A stretch of 64,000 bases of DNA, from contig CANNBA010000006.1 in assembly GCA_947502765.1 (NCBI GenBank), positions 38,861 through 102,860 of the forward strand, in the 5' to 3' direction. Under the pieces are notes generated by a model. The model searched no databases and was not told where the DNA came from. It worked only from the letters and a program-made list of their open reading frames with translations. Made by a program: the position numbers and the translations under genes. Below, in pieces: positions 21,252-30,992 of the stretch (position 1 is its first letter; each line of letters begins with the position of its first letter). This DNA is from Flavobacteriales bacterium. Its GTDB lineage: Bacteria; Bacteroidota; Bacteroidia; Flavobacteriales; BACL11.

Positions 21252-21285
21252 AATAAAAAAACTCCTGATTGCTCAAGAGTTTTTT
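21251..21285 (-). terminator. Rho-independent terminator after rpmA
   Basis: Minus-strand RNA forms an 8-bp stem AACUCUUG/CAGGAGUU (one G-U pair) with a 6-nt loop, followed by UUUUUUAUUU. It lies 25 nt past the rpmA stop. Confidence 0.6.
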
Positions 21286-21309
21286 ATAAAATATAAATTA
21301 CCGCAATCC

Positions 21310-21561
21310 TTAGTTTTCTACTGATACATAGGATCTGTTATTTCTCTTTTTAGTAAATTTTACGGTACCAGCAGCTAGCGCAAATAAGGTATGATCTTTT
21401 CCAATCCCAACATTTTCGCCTGGATTATGTACAGTCCCTCTTTGTCTTACAATAATATTACCTGCAATAATTTCTTGTCCTCCAAAGATTTTAACACCTA
21501 ATCGTTTGCTTTTCGAGTCTCTACCATTTTTCGAACTACCCGCTCCTTTTTTATGTGCCAT
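21310..21561 (-). CDS. rpmA: 50S ribosomal protein L27
   Basis: 83 aa. [16 protein letters not shown] is the canonical L27 N-terminus. Confidence 0.95.
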   Translation of the reverse strand: MAHKKGAGSSKNGRDSKSKRLGVKIFGGQEIIAGNIIVRQRGTVHNPGENVGIGKDHTLFALAAGTVKFTKKRNNRSYVSVEN

Positions 21562-21587
21562 TTTATTAAGTTTTTAAAAGTTCTTAA

Positions 21588-22046
21588 TTATTTATTCTCT
21601 TTTTTAACAGCTGGCTTTTTAGCAGCAGTTTTAGTTACTAGTGCTTTTTCAGCATCTGGCTTTTTAGCTACTGGTGCTTTTTCAACAACTGGTTTAGCTT
21701 CCTTTTTTGGTCCAACTTCTTTTGTTACAGAAGCATTTTCATCAATTTTCAGAATTTCTATTTTAGTTAAATACTGTCTGTGACCATTTTTAACTTTATA
21801 TCCTTTTCTTCTTTTCTTTTTAAAGACAATTACTTTATCGCCTTTGAGGTGCTCAAGTACTTTTGCAGTTACCTTAGCTCCTTTTATAACTGGGGCGCCA
21901 ACATTTATTTTACCAGCATTATCCATCAAAAGAACTTTATCAAAATCAACTTTTGATCCTTCTTTTGCTTCTAATCTGTGTACAAATATCTGTTGATCTT
22001 GTTCAATTTTGAATTGTTGCCCTGATATCTCAACTATTGCGTACAT
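21588..22046 (-). CDS. rplU: 50S ribosomal protein L21 with a Lys/Ala/Pro-rich C-terminal extension
   Basis: MYAIVEISGQQFK is the canonical L21 start. The protein is 152 aa, about 50 aa longer than the ~103-aa core. Confidence 0.9.
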   Translation of the reverse strand: MYAIVEISGQQFKIEQDQQIFVHRLEAKEGSKVDFDKVLLMDNAGKINVGAPVIKGAKVTAKVLEHLKGDKVIVFKKKRRKGYKVKNGHRQYLTKIEILKIDENASVTKEVGPKKEAKPVVEKAPVAKKPDAEKALVTKTAAKKPAVKKENK

Positions 22047-22072
22047 TATTATTTATTTTAAAAAATGGATTG

Positions 22073-22080
22073 CAAAAGTA
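22073..22080 (-). promoter_or_regulatory. -7 promoter box TACTTTTG upstream of rplU-rpmA
   Basis: Plus-strand caaaagta is an exact TAnnTTTG on the minus strand, 26 nt upstream of ATG 22046. Confidence 0.55.
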
Positions 22081-22173
22081 AACAATCTAATAAAACAAAC
22101 AAGAATTTAATTGCTTTTTTTGAATGACTACATTTCTATAAAACATTCTATGCTATTATCTCGTTAAAAAGAC

Positions 22174-22181
22174 TAAATTTG
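22174..22181 (+). promoter_or_regulatory. -7 promoter box TAAATTTG upstream of the M43 protease gene
   Basis: Exact TAnnTTTG match, 21 nt before ATG 22203. It overlaps the TTG (22179) used as the start in the ORF track. Confidence 0.5.
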
Positions 22182-22202
22182 CCTTTGAAAACTAATTTTG
22201 TT

Positions 22203-23321
22203 ATGATAAAAAAAATAGCTACTTTAATACTAATAGCTTCCACTTCTATTAATGCTCAAGAAAGATGCGGAACTGAAGCAATTACCAAGCGTAGGATGGA
22301 AATTTATCCTGAGTACCGAATTGCAAGAGAAAAAGTAAATGTTCAAACTGAACAAAGGATTGGAAATCACCCTAATTATAGTGAAAAAACAATTATCACT
22401 ATTCCAGTTGTAGTACATGTGGTTTGGAATACAAGTGCTCAAAACATCTCTGATGCCCAAATACAATCCCAAATAGATGTACTAAATAAAGATTATAGAA
22501 GAACAAATATTGATGTAATAAACACCCCTAGTGTTTGGCAAGCCATAGCTGCAGATTGTGAAATTGAATTTTGTCTTGCTACAACTGATCCAAACGGACA
22601 GCCAACAACAGGAATTACCCGAACCCAAACTACTCATGGCCCTTTTGGAATGGAAAGCGATATACATACTTCTTCTTTGGGTGGTAAAGATGACTGGCCA
22701 AATGATGATTATTTAAATATTTGGGTGTGTAATATTAGTAGCGGGCTTTTAGGTTATGCAACTCCACCGAGCAATTGGATTGGAGATGGTGATGGGCTTG
22801 TAATTGGATACAAATATTTTGGAACAACTGGGACGCTTTCACCTCCATTTAATAAAGGAAGAACTGCCACGCATGAATTAGGCCACTGGCTCAATTTAGA
22901 TCATCTTTGGGGAGCTTGGGGGAGTTGTGGTAACGATCAAGTTAGTGATACTCCTAAACAAGAAACAGAAAATTATTCATGTCCTGGATTTCCTTTAAAT
23001 ATAAATGCTTGCAGCACAACAAATGCGAATGGCGATATGTTTATGAATTACATGGATTACACCAATGATGCTTGTATGAATCTATTCACTGCCGGGCAGA
23101 AAACAAGAATGCTTGCTGCAATAAATCAGTACAGACCAAATATGCTAAGCCATAATTTATGTAGCGGAACAACAAGTATCTTAGAAACAAAGTCTACAAA
23201 AAAAGAACTTGTAAAAATTATTGATATTTTAGGAAGAGAAACAAACAGACAACATTCAAACACTCCTTTGTTCTATATTTATGATGATGGAAGTGTCGAG
23301 AAAAAGATAATTATTGAATAA
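22203..23321 (+). CDS. M43 (pappalysin/cytophagalysin-like) zinc metalloprotease with a T9SS-type C-terminal sorting tail
   Basis: Signal peptide MIKKIATLILIASTSINAQ and HELGHWLNLDH zinc motif. The C-terminal ~40 aa (IIDILGRE...FYIYDDGSVEKKIIIE) resemble Por-secretion tails. Confidence 0.8.
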   Translation: MIKKIATLILIASTSINAQERCGTEAITKRRMEIYPEYRIAREKVNVQTEQRIGNHPNYSEKTIITIPVVVHVVWNTSAQNISDAQIQSQIDVLNKDYRRTNIDVINTPSVWQAIAADCEIEFCLATTDPNGQPTTGITRTQTTHGPFGMESDIHTSSLGGKDDWPNDDYLNIWVCNISSGLLGYATPPSNWIGDGDGLVIGYKYFGTTGTLSPPFNKGRTATHELGHWLNLDHLWGAWGSCGNDQVSDTPKQETENYSCPGFPLNINACSTTNANGDMFMNYMDYTNDACMNLFTAGQKTRMLAAINQYRPNMLSHNLCSGTTSILETKSTKKELVKIIDILGRETNRQHSNTPLFYIYDDGSVEKKIIIE

Positions 23322-23342
23322 CTAATCTGCTAAATAATAAAA

Positions 23343-23370
23343 AGTTCAACTATGTAGTTGGGCTTTTTTT
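23343..23370 (+). terminator. Rho-independent terminator after the M43 protease gene
   Basis: 9-bp stem AGUUCAACU/AGUUGGGCU (two G-U pairs) with loop AUGU, followed by U7. It overlaps the last codons of the convergent EamA gene. Confidence 0.55.
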
Positions 23371-24228
23371 GTTTACCAAATACACTCCACTTAATATTAT
23401 TACAGAACCAAGTACATGATAACTTGTAATAATCTCTCCATCTAAAACACCCCAAAAAATGGCTACAATTGGAATTAAATAGGTTATTGAGGAAGTAAAA
23501 ATTGCAGAAGAACGGTTAAGTAATCTATTAAAAATTATTGCAGCCATGGAAGTTCCTAATACAGAAAGCAAAGCAATATAACCAAGTGCTTTATAACCAT
23601 CTGGATGAGTATGTAACTGATATAAGAAACTAGTGTTAAAGAGATAAACTGCAGCTATTGGGCCAATAATCAAAAAGGCCAGGGCAGCTATTGAAGCAGG
23701 ATTCAAATCCTGAAGGTATTTTTTAATCACATTAATACTTGTTGCATAAAAAATAGTTGCCAAAACAACCAAAAAAATATAGCCATTAAAAGCAAACCCA
23801 TCTTTAAGAGTACTAAAAGCAAGAAATACAATCCCTAATAAACCCAAGAAAATACCTAAGATATTTGCTTTTGATGGTTTTGCACTAAAAAAATAAACGC
23901 CAAGAATAAGTGTAAATAAAGGCACTATGCCATTCAATGTTCCAACTAAAGAGCTATCTAGCTCTGTTTGAGCCTTTGTAAATAAAAATGCAGGAATTCC
24001 ATTGCCTAAAAATGCCGAAATGACTATAGGGAAATAATGTTTTGGCTTAACAAGCTTAAAAGCTTGTGGCAAAAATGGTGTTAAAGAAACAAAAGCAATA
24101 ACAATCCTTAAAGCGGCAACCTCCATGAAATTAAAAACCTCAAGACCTCTTTTCATTAAAATAAAAGAACTACCCCAAATCAAAGCTAAAAATGCTAATG
24201 ATGCGTAATTCCTTACTGACTTTTCCAT
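23350..24228 (-). CDS. DMT-superfamily (EamA-like) transporter
   Basis: 292 aa with 10 TM helices and two EamA-like halves. Confidence 0.8.
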   Translation of the reverse strand: MEKSVRNYASLAFLALIWGSSFILMKRGLEVFNFMEVAALRIVIAFVSLTPFLPQAFKLVKPKHYFPIVISAFLGNGIPAFLFTKAQTELDSSLVGTLNGIVPLFTLILGVYFFSAKPSKANILGIFLGLLGIVFLAFSTLKDGFAFNGYIFLVVLATIFYATSINVIKKYLQDLNPASIAALAFLIIGPIAAVYLFNTSFLYQLHTHPDGYKALGYIALLSVLGTSMAAIIFNRLLNRSSAIFTSSITYLIPIVAIFWGVLDGEIITSYHVLGSVIILSGVYLVNKKSPTT

Positions 24229-24770
24229 CTAAATGTCTTAATAATATGTTTTACATCATCTTTCAGAAAGTTATTTATAGGCAAAATGGAATCAGTAACT
24301 TCAGTATTAAAATACAAAGCTCCTCTAAAAAAATGATTTACACTATCGGTTAAATAAAATTGAGTTGCGGTTGCTGTAACTCCATCATAATCATAGAGCA
24401 AGCCGTAAACTTTATCCTCATCATTAATATAAACTGATTCCGAAATAGCATCCGCCTGCATATCATGTTTATAGGCAAGGCTTCTGGACTGTTCAATGTG
24501 TTCTGCTAAGTTGCTTTCAATAGGCAGATAGGTAATATGAAGCACTCCATTTTGACCTGGAAACTCAAGATTATAAAAACAATCTTGATCTGTCTTTTTC
24601 AAATTGCTATAAATTGGTTTTTCAAAAGAAAAATTACAATCAACATCAATTTTTTCATATTCTTTATTTGGCAAATCAATTTTAAAAAATGCTCTTGGTT
24701 TTGGAGTATAATTATCCGAACATGCCCCAAAAAATAAAGCAAACAAAAACAGAATGCTAATTCTCATCAA
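24213..24770 (-). CDS. gldD: Gliding motility lipoprotein GldD
   Basis: 185 aa with lipobox FFGAC followed by TPKPRAFFKIDLP as I recall for GldD. It is immediately downstream of gldE. Confidence 0.7.
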   Translation of the reverse strand: MMRISILFLFALFFGACSDNYTPKPRAFFKIDLPNKEYEKIDVDCNFSFEKPIYSNLKKTDQDCFYNLEFPGQNGVLHITYLPIESNLAEHIEQSRSLAYKHDMQADAISESVYINDEDKVYGLLYDYDGVTATATQFYLTDSVNHFFRGALYFNTEVTDSILPINNFLKDDVKHIIKTFRWKSQ

Positions 24771-26064
24771 TAGTCACTTTTAAACGTTTAATTTTCCTCA
24801 AATCAGCAGATTCTACCACGATAGTAAATGGAGTAATTTTATAAACAGTTCCAATCTTTGGAATATTTCCCTCTAACTCTAAAACCAAACCAGCTAAAGT
24901 ATCATACTCTCCTTTTATTTTATCAAAAAAATCTATTTCTGCTTTTGTAATTTTTAAAAAATCATTTAATGATATTTTTCCTTCAAAAATATAATTATGC
25001 TCATCTAATTTCGAATACACATTATCATCAACATCAAACTCATCATTAATTTCTCCTACAATTTCTTCAAGTACATCTTCTAGAGTAACTAATCCTGAAG
25101 TTCCCCCATATTCATCAACTACAATTGCTAAATGATTCTTTTTAGCTTGGAATTCTTTTAATAAATCGTTAAGCATTTTGGTTTCAGGAATAAAATAGGG
25201 TGCTCTGCATAATTTTACCCAATCAAAATCATTTTTTTCATTTAAATAGGGTATCAAATCCTTAATATATAAAATCCCCACTATCTTATCAATCCTCTTT
25301 TCAAAAACAGGTATTCTTGAATAACCAGAACTTATAATAATTTTAAGCACCTGAGTGAAACTAGTCTTTTTATCAATTGCCGAAATAGCAACTCTTGATT
25401 TCATAATTTCCTTTACATCCGTATTTCCAAACTCAACAATTGATCTTAGTATCCTTTTTTCTTCTTCTTTATTTTCGTGGTCGATTATATCAAGAGCTTT
25501 TGAGATTTCCTCAATAGATATTGGTGTTTGTTTTGATACTAACTTCTTATTAATAAAATTTGTGGATGCAAGCAACAAATAACTTAAAGGATATACTGCT
25601 TTTTTCAATGAAATTAATACTTTATTCGTCCTTAATGAGAATGCAACGGCATTATTATTTGCATATACTTTTGGCATTATCTCGCCAAATAATAACAACA
25701 ACCCAGTAATAATTACAACCTGAAATACAAATTCCAAGCTAGATCCTTCTGGAAACCAAATTGCTATAGAAGTGAGATAAGTAAATATCACAACAATTGC
25801 TACATTAATAAAATTGTTTGTAATTAGGATTGTAGCTAAAAGTTCATTGGGATTTTGAAGAAGCTGGCGCGCATTATCATTATCCATTTTTTCCAATTCT
25901 GCTGAAGTTAAAGAAAAATAAGCTACTTCTGATGCCGATACAAATGCTGATGACATTAGCAAAAATACAATCGCTAATAAACTTAACAATATATTTACTC
26001 CAAATGGCTGGAGCTCTATACCACTAAAAATTGACAATAAAACATTGACGGGGACCTCTTCCAA
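24757..26064 (-). CDS. gldE: Gliding motility-associated protein GldE (DUF21-CBS-CorC family)
   Basis: 435 aa with an N-terminal DUF21 TM region, a CBS pair and a CorC/HlyC C-terminal domain. The mutY-ssb-gldE-gldD order matches F. johnsoniae. Confidence 0.8.
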   Translation of the reverse strand: MEEVPVNVLLSIFSGIELQPFGVNILLSLLAIVFLLMSSAFVSASEVAYFSLTSAELEKMDNDNARQLLQNPNELLATILITNNFINVAIVVIFTYLTSIAIWFPEGSSLEFVFQVVIITGLLLLFGEIMPKVYANNNAVAFSLRTNKVLISLKKAVYPLSYLLLASTNFINKKLVSKQTPISIEEISKALDIIDHENKEEEKRILRSIVEFGNTDVKEIMKSRVAISAIDKKTSFTQVLKIIISSGYSRIPVFEKRIDKIVGILYIKDLIPYLNEKNDFDWVKLCRAPYFIPETKMLNDLLKEFQAKKNHLAIVVDEYGGTSGLVTLEDVLEEIVGEINDEFDVDDNVYSKLDEHNYIFEGKISLNDFLKITKAEIDFFDKIKGEYDTLAGLVLELEGNIPKIGTVYKITPFTIVVESADLRKIKRLKVTIDEN

Positions 26065-26080
26065 TTACTTTAAATTTAAA

Positions 26081-26479
26081 TTAAAAGGGCAAGTCATCTT
26101 TTGGGTCTTCTGAATCAGAGTTATGTTCAATCGTACCTTCTGATGATGATTTCCCTCCCAACATAGTCATATTTTCACCCAAAATTTCAGTACTATATCT
26201 TGTAACCCCTTCTTTATCTTCCCACTTTCTAGTTTTTATTTTTCCTTCAACATAGACACTGGCTCCTTTTTTAAGATATTTTTCAGCCACTTCAGCCAAA
26301 CCTCTCCAAAGCACCACATTATGCCATTCTGTTTGGCTTACGCGCTCGCCTTCTTTATTCTTGTAATTCTCTGTTGTTGCTAATGAAAAATTAGCAACAG
26401 CAACACCATTATCTAAATACTTTACTTCAGGATCTTTTCCTAAATTTCCAACTAAAATAACTTTATTTACTCCCGCCAT
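26081..26479 (-). CDS. ssb: Single-stranded DNA-binding protein
   Basis: 132 aa with an [20 protein letters not shown]-fold start and an acidic C-terminal tip DDLPF. Confidence 0.95.
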   Translation of the reverse strand: MAGVNKVILVGNLGKDPEVKYLDNGVAVANFSLATTENYKNKEGERVSQTEWHNVVLWRGLAEVAEKYLKKGASVYVEGKIKTRKWEDKEGVTRYSTEILGENMTMLGGKSSSEGTIEHNSDSEDPKDDLPF

Positions 26480-26524
26480 ATCTAATTTTTTTTGAATTAT
26501 ACTTGGAACAAATATACATAATTT

Positions 26525-27568
26525 CTAAATGATATTATGCGCTGCTAAAAATTTGTCGGTAAGTCTTGAAACAGGATAATTCTTAAGTTTTGATTTTTTT
26601 ACAAAAGAATAATTTTCAAACTCAACTTCTTTAACATGTACTGTCCAAAATTGCGCATAAATATGCTGATGTGATAATTTATGAAGAAATCTTTCTGAAA
26701 CTGACTCTATTTTATAATGTTTATTTTTAAAAAAATCAATCCACTCATTAGATGAGATAACTTCTTTCTCAGATTTTTTAGTTGAGTACTCTAAAAAAGG
26801 AAATTCATACAATCCTTTCCAAATTCCCTCATTTCTTTTTCCTAAAATTACACCATCCTCATTTTGTACTAATAGGTAATTTAAAAACCTTTTTTTAATT
26901 TTTAGTTTCTTGTACTTAACTGGAAATTTCTCCATACTATTTGTGTTGTAAGCAACACATTCAGAAATAAAAGGACAGGAATTGCATTTTGGCGACTTAG
27001 GAGTACATTGCAGAGCACCAAATTCCATAATTGCTTGATTGTGCAAAGCAGGATTTTTAGTATCCAATAAATTTTGAGCTAGTAATTGATATTTTTTTTT
27101 GCCTAAAGTGATATCAAAAGGAATCTCAATACCAAAAACTCTACTTAAAACTCTAATAACATTGCCGTCAACAACAGCATATGGCAATCCAAAAGAAAAT
27201 GAAGCGATTGCTCCAGCAGTATAAGTACCTACTCCTTTTAATTTTAAAATATCATTATACGTTTTAGGAAAAATCCCGTTATAATATTGGGAAACATATT
27301 TAGCGCTAAAGTGCAAGTTTCTAGCTCTAGAATAATACCCCAATCCTTGCCATAATTTTAATACTTTATCTTCTTTAGCTTTTGCTAAATCAGTAACTGT
27401 AGGAAATGCTTTAGTAAATTTTAAATAATAAGGTAGGCCTTGTTCAACTCTTGTTTGTTGAAGAATAATTTCAGAAAGCCAAATGAAATAAGGATTATGT
27501 GTATTTCTCCAAGGCAAATCTCTTTTATAAAAAGAGTACCATTGCAACAATATTCCACTAAAATTCAT
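26525..27568 (-). CDS. mutY: A/G-specific adenine DNA glycosylase MutY
   Basis: 347 aa with an HhH-GPD region, an Fe-S cluster loop (C..C..C..C: CTPKSPKCNSCPFISEC) and a NUDIX-like C-terminal domain. Confidence 0.9.
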   Translation of the reverse strand: MNFSGILLQWYSFYKRDLPWRNTHNPYFIWLSEIILQQTRVEQGLPYYLKFTKAFPTVTDLAKAKEDKVLKLWQGLGYYSRARNLHFSAKYVSQYYNGIFPKTYNDILKLKGVGTYTAGAIASFSFGLPYAVVDGNVIRVLSRVFGIEIPFDITLGKKKYQLLAQNLLDTKNPALHNQAIMEFGALQCTPKSPKCNSCPFISECVAYNTNSMEKFPVKYKKLKIKKRFLNYLLVQNEDGVILGKRNEGIWKGLYEFPFLEYSTKKSEKEVISSNEWIDFFKNKHYKIESVSERFLHKLSHQHIYAQFWTVHVKEVEFENYSFVKKSKLKNYPVSRLTDKFLAAHNII

Positions 27569-27640
27569 AACTTACTGATAAATAGTATTGTACAAAAATT
27601 AAAAAATAAACACTACTTGCTGTAGAGCAAATTATTTTAA

Positions 27641-27648
27641 TATATTTG
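27641..27648 (+). promoter_or_regulatory. -7 promoter box TATATTTG upstream of hup
   Basis: Exact TAnnTTTG match. A TTG at 27617-27619 lies 21 nt upstream (candidate -33 element). The box is 43 nt before ATG 27692. Confidence 0.6.
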
Positions 27649-27691
27649 CGGCTCAAAATTAATCAAGAAATTAAAATAATAAAGTAAAGAA

Positions 27692-27976
27692 ATGACAAAA
27701 GCAGAACTTGTTAGTAAAATAGCAGAAAAGACCGGAGTTGAAAAATTAACAACTCTAGCAATAGTAGAATCAATGATGAATGAAATTAAAAAATCTATAT
27801 CAGCAAATGAAGCTGTATTCTTAAGAGGTTTTGGTACCTTCAAAGCAAAAAAGAGAGCTGAAAAAACGGGTAGAAATATAAAGAAAAATACAACTATCAT
27901 TATTCCAGCACATAATATCCCTGCTTTTAAGCCAGCAAAAGTTTTTGTTGAAGAAATAAAAAAGAATTTAAAATAA
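27692..27976 (+). CDS. hup: HU family DNA-binding protein
   Basis: 94 aa with MTKAELVSKIAEKTG and GFGTFKAKKRAEKTGRN (beta-arm) motifs. Confidence 0.9.
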   Translation: MTKAELVSKIAEKTGVEKLTTLAIVESMMNEIKKSISANEAVFLRGFGTFKAKKRAEKTGRNIKKNTTIIIPAHNIPAFKPAKVFVEEIKKNLK

Positions 27977-28007
27977 ACTTTTTTTATAAAAGTTATAAAT
28001 ATAAAGC

Positions 28008-28097
28008 ATGGCAGGAGCTAAAAAAAAGAAAAGATTAAAAATTGCTACTCACAAACGTAAGAAGCGCTCAAGGAAAGATAGACATAAAACTAAATAA
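28008..28097 (+). CDS. Unlisted 29-aa hyper-basic small ORF (candidate bS22/mS38-like ribosomal peptide)
   Basis: Manual translation gives MAGAKKKKRLKIATHKRKKRSRKDRHKTK (18 of 29 residues are K/R, and 20 of 29 are K/R/H) with an A-rich upstream context. It is below the ORF-track length cut-off and sits in the hup-rng intergenic gap. Confidence 0.45.
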   Translation: MAGAKKKKRLKIATHKRKKRSRKDRHKTK

Positions 28098-28135
28098 AAT
28101 TTAGTTTATAACTAGATTTCTTTAACGAAAACGCC

Positions 28136-29671
28136 ATGAAATACGATCTAATAATCGACTCAAGGCCTTCTGAAGTAGTAATTGCTCTTTTACGTGATGA
28201 ACTTCTTATAGAACTTCATAAAGAAAAGCACGATAATAATTTTTCAGTAGGTGATATCTATCTAGGAAAAGTCAAAAAACTGAATCCTGGGCTAAATGCT
28301 GCATTTGTAAGTGTTGGTTATGAAAAAGATGGTTTTTTACATTATTTAGATTTAGGCCAACAATTCAATTGCCTTAAAAAATTTACCAGACAAGCAATTG
28401 ATAACAAACTCAATACTGCATCATTAAAAAATTTTAAAAAGGAAGCAGTCCTTAATAAAAATGGGGTAATTACTGATGCTCTAAAAGGAGGAGATTTAAT
28501 TTTAACTCAAATCTCAAAAGAACCAATTTCTACCAAAGGACCAAGATTAACAACTGAAATCTCAATTGCAGGAAGGTATATGATATTAATTCCTTTCTCT
28601 GATAAAGTCTCCATTTCCCAAAAAATTGAAGATCCTGAAGAGCAGAAAAGATTAAAACAGCTAGTTAGAAGTATAAAGCCCCAAGGGTTTGGAGTGATTA
28701 TTAGAACAGTTGCCATAGGTAAAAAAGTAGCTGAGCTAGATCAAGATTTAAAAAATCTATATAAAAAATGGCAAGGAATTAGCAAAAAACTAAAAGATGC
28801 TGAGCCAAATACCAGAATTCATGGTGAGCTAAACAAAGCATCTGTAATACTTAGAGATTTATTAAATGCAGAATTTAATAGCATTTATGTTAATAATGCT
28901 GAACTTCAAATAGAATTACAAGAATATCTATCAAGCATAGCACCAGACAAAGAAAAGATTGTAAAATTGCATACGAAAAACACACCAATCTTTCAAGAGT
29001 TTAATGTTACCAAACAAATAAAAGGGGCGTTTGGCAAAAATGTAACCATGAAAAAAGGAACCTATCTTGTTATTGAACATACGGAAGCTTTACACGTTAT
29101 TGATGTCAATAGCGGCAAGAAAGTAGATGCAAAAAAAGACCAAGAAGAAAATGCTATTGCTGTAAATCTTGAGGCTGCTGAAGAAGTAGCAAGACAATTA
29201 CGCCTTAGAGACATGGGAGGAATCATTGTTGTTGATTTCATTGATATGAAACAAGAGAAAAACAGAATCCTCTTAACCGAAAAATTGAAAGAGGCAATGA
29301 AGACAGACAAGGCAAAGCACAATATACTTCCTCCTACAAAATTTGGTCTAGTACAAATAACTAGACAAAGAGTTAGGCCTGAAATGAATATCGATACTCA
29401 GGAAAATTGTCCAATGTGTTCTGGAAATGGAAAAATAGAATCTAGCTTACTATTAATTGATCAAATAGAGACAAAAATTCATAATCTAAGCGAAAGTGAA
29501 AAAGACATGATTCACATTTCCACACATCCATTTGTCGCTTCTTACATCAACAAAAAAGAGGGATGGTTTTCATCTTCTATCAGCAAAGAGTGGAGCAGGA
29601 AATTCGGAAGAAAAATACTTGTTACTGGAGATGAAAGACTTCATCTTTTACAATACTTAGTAGTAAAATAG
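28136..29671 (+). CDS. rng: Ribonuclease E/G family protein (RNase G)
   Basis: 511 aa with an S1 domain (VGDIYLGKVKKLNPGLNAAFV), a catalytic region (VIDVNSGK, IVVDFIDM) and a Zn-link CPMCSGNG. Confidence 0.9.
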   Translation: MKYDLIIDSRPSEVVIALLRDELLIELHKEKHDNNFSVGDIYLGKVKKLNPGLNAAFVSVGYEKDGFLHYLDLGQQFNCLKKFTRQAIDNKLNTASLKNFKKEAVLNKNGVITDALKGGDLILTQISKEPISTKGPRLTTEISIAGRYMILIPFSDKVSISQKIEDPEEQKRLKQLVRSIKPQGFGVIIRTVAIGKKVAELDQDLKNLYKKWQGISKKLKDAEPNTRIHGELNKASVILRDLLNAEFNSIYVNNAELQIELQEYLSSIAPDKEKIVKLHTKNTPIFQEFNVTKQIKGAFGKNVTMKKGTYLVIEHTEALHVIDVNSGKKVDAKKDQEENAIAVNLEAAEEVARQLRLRDMGGIIVVDFIDMKQEKNRILLTEKLKEAMKTDKAKHNILPPTKFGLVQITRQRVRPEMNIDTQENCPMCSGNGKIESSLLLIDQIETKIHNLSESEKDMIHISTHPFVASYINKKEGWFSSSISKEWSRKFGRKILVTGDERLHLLQYLVVK

Positions 29672-29672
29672 C

Positions 29673-30947
29673 CTAATTTCTTTCAGCAGTTACTATCCTT
29701 TTATACCAAATTATTAGTGGTATAACTACTAATAACATCATTACTAAGCCTACTAAATATCCAAATCTGATATTACTCTCTATTTGAAAAAATGGCAATG
29801 TAAAAATGCCTATCAATAACATTCTTACAACAATATTTAAAGTATTGAAAACAGAATTTGTTCTGCCAATCAAGTTATTAGGAACGTGATTAAAAAGATA
29901 GGTGGTTCTCAATATTCGAACACCAGCATTAGTAATTCCTATCAGAAAATTACCCAAAAAGAATAGCCACAAAATATCATAAATAGCCATCAGATAGAAA
30001 GCGAATGAGGCCACTATCATTAGAATTATTACTCCAATAACAGTATTCATTTTTTTAAACAACCTTAAAATCATCAAACCTGAAAACATAGCTCCAAATG
30101 CATAGTAAATTTCAGCAGAAGCAAAAACATTACCATCCATCTCTAAAAAATTATTTACATAAGAAGGTAATAGAACATGAATCTCTACAAGTGCAAAAGC
30201 AAAAAGCATATAAGATGCTAAACCAAAAACAAAAATAATAGGATAATCTTGTAAATATTTAAAACCACCTTTTAATCTCTCAAACAGCCCTTCAGTATGC
30301 CTTTTATCTTTTGAAATGGGAGTATATTTCATGTACATGAAAATAAAAATTACAACTAAATAAGTTATTGCATCCATTAAAAAAACCTCATGTATATCCC
30401 AAGCTTTAATATCAAATGGCAAGTTAAAATTTAAACCAGCTATTTCCAATCTGTTATTTTTCGTTCCTGTAAGCAATAAAGCTGCAAAAGCACCTGCCAA
30501 AACAGAAGTTGCCTGCTCCTGAACTTCAATATAAGAATTTAGTTTTCCGTAATTTTTGGGCTCAGTAATTTCTTGTCCAAAAGCATATAGATTAGGAAAA
30601 TGAATATTGTAGTTAAATATAGTGATTCCAAAAACTAAAATCACTAAAAAATCAGTTAAGGGAGCTATTTGAAAACCATATAAAGCTATACTCCCAATAC
30701 TTAGCCCGCACACTATATTAATCACAATAAATAGATTTTTTCTAGAGTACCTATCAATTAAGGTGCCAGCATAAATCCCCCAAAAAAGTGTTAAAAAAGT
30801 AATAATCAGGTATGAATTTGCAAAAAAGTCTGGTCGAGAAACAATTTTGACAAAATACCAGGGTATGGCCACCATACTTATGCCTTGGGCAATCCCCGAA
30901 ATAATATTTGCTAAAAAAAGAAGGGAAATTGCTTGTCTATTTTTCAC
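29673..30947 (-). CDS. MFS transporter
   Basis: 424 aa with about 12 TM helices and a DRYSRK loop between TM2 and TM3, typical of MFS. Confidence 0.75.
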   Translation of the reverse strand: MKNRQAISLLFLANIISGIAQGISMVAIPWYFVKIVSRPDFFANSYLIITFLTLFWGIYAGTLIDRYSRKNLFIVINIVCGLSIGSIALYGFQIAPLTDFLVILVFGITIFNYNIHFPNLYAFGQEITEPKNYGKLNSYIEVQEQATSVLAGAFAALLLTGTKNNRLEIAGLNFNLPFDIKAWDIHEVFLMDAITYLVVIFIFMYMKYTPISKDKRHTEGLFERLKGGFKYLQDYPIIFVFGLASYMLFAFALVEIHVLLPSYVNNFLEMDGNVFASAEIYYAFGAMFSGLMILRLFKKMNTVIGVIILMIVASFAFYLMAIYDILWLFFLGNFLIGITNAGVRILRTTYLFNHVPNNLIGRTNSVFNTLNIVVRMLLIGIFTLPFFQIESNIRFGYLVGLVMMLLVVIPLIIWYKRIVTAERN

Positions 30948-30980
30948 TGAGGCAAAAGTAGTATTTAAATTGAGAAATTG

Positions 30981-30988
30981 TATTTTTG
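30981..30988 (+). promoter_or_regulatory. -7 promoter box TATTTTTG abutting the recX start
   Basis: Exact TAnnTTTG match followed by AGTG and then ATG 30993. Confidence 0.45.
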
Positions 30989-30992
30989 AGTG

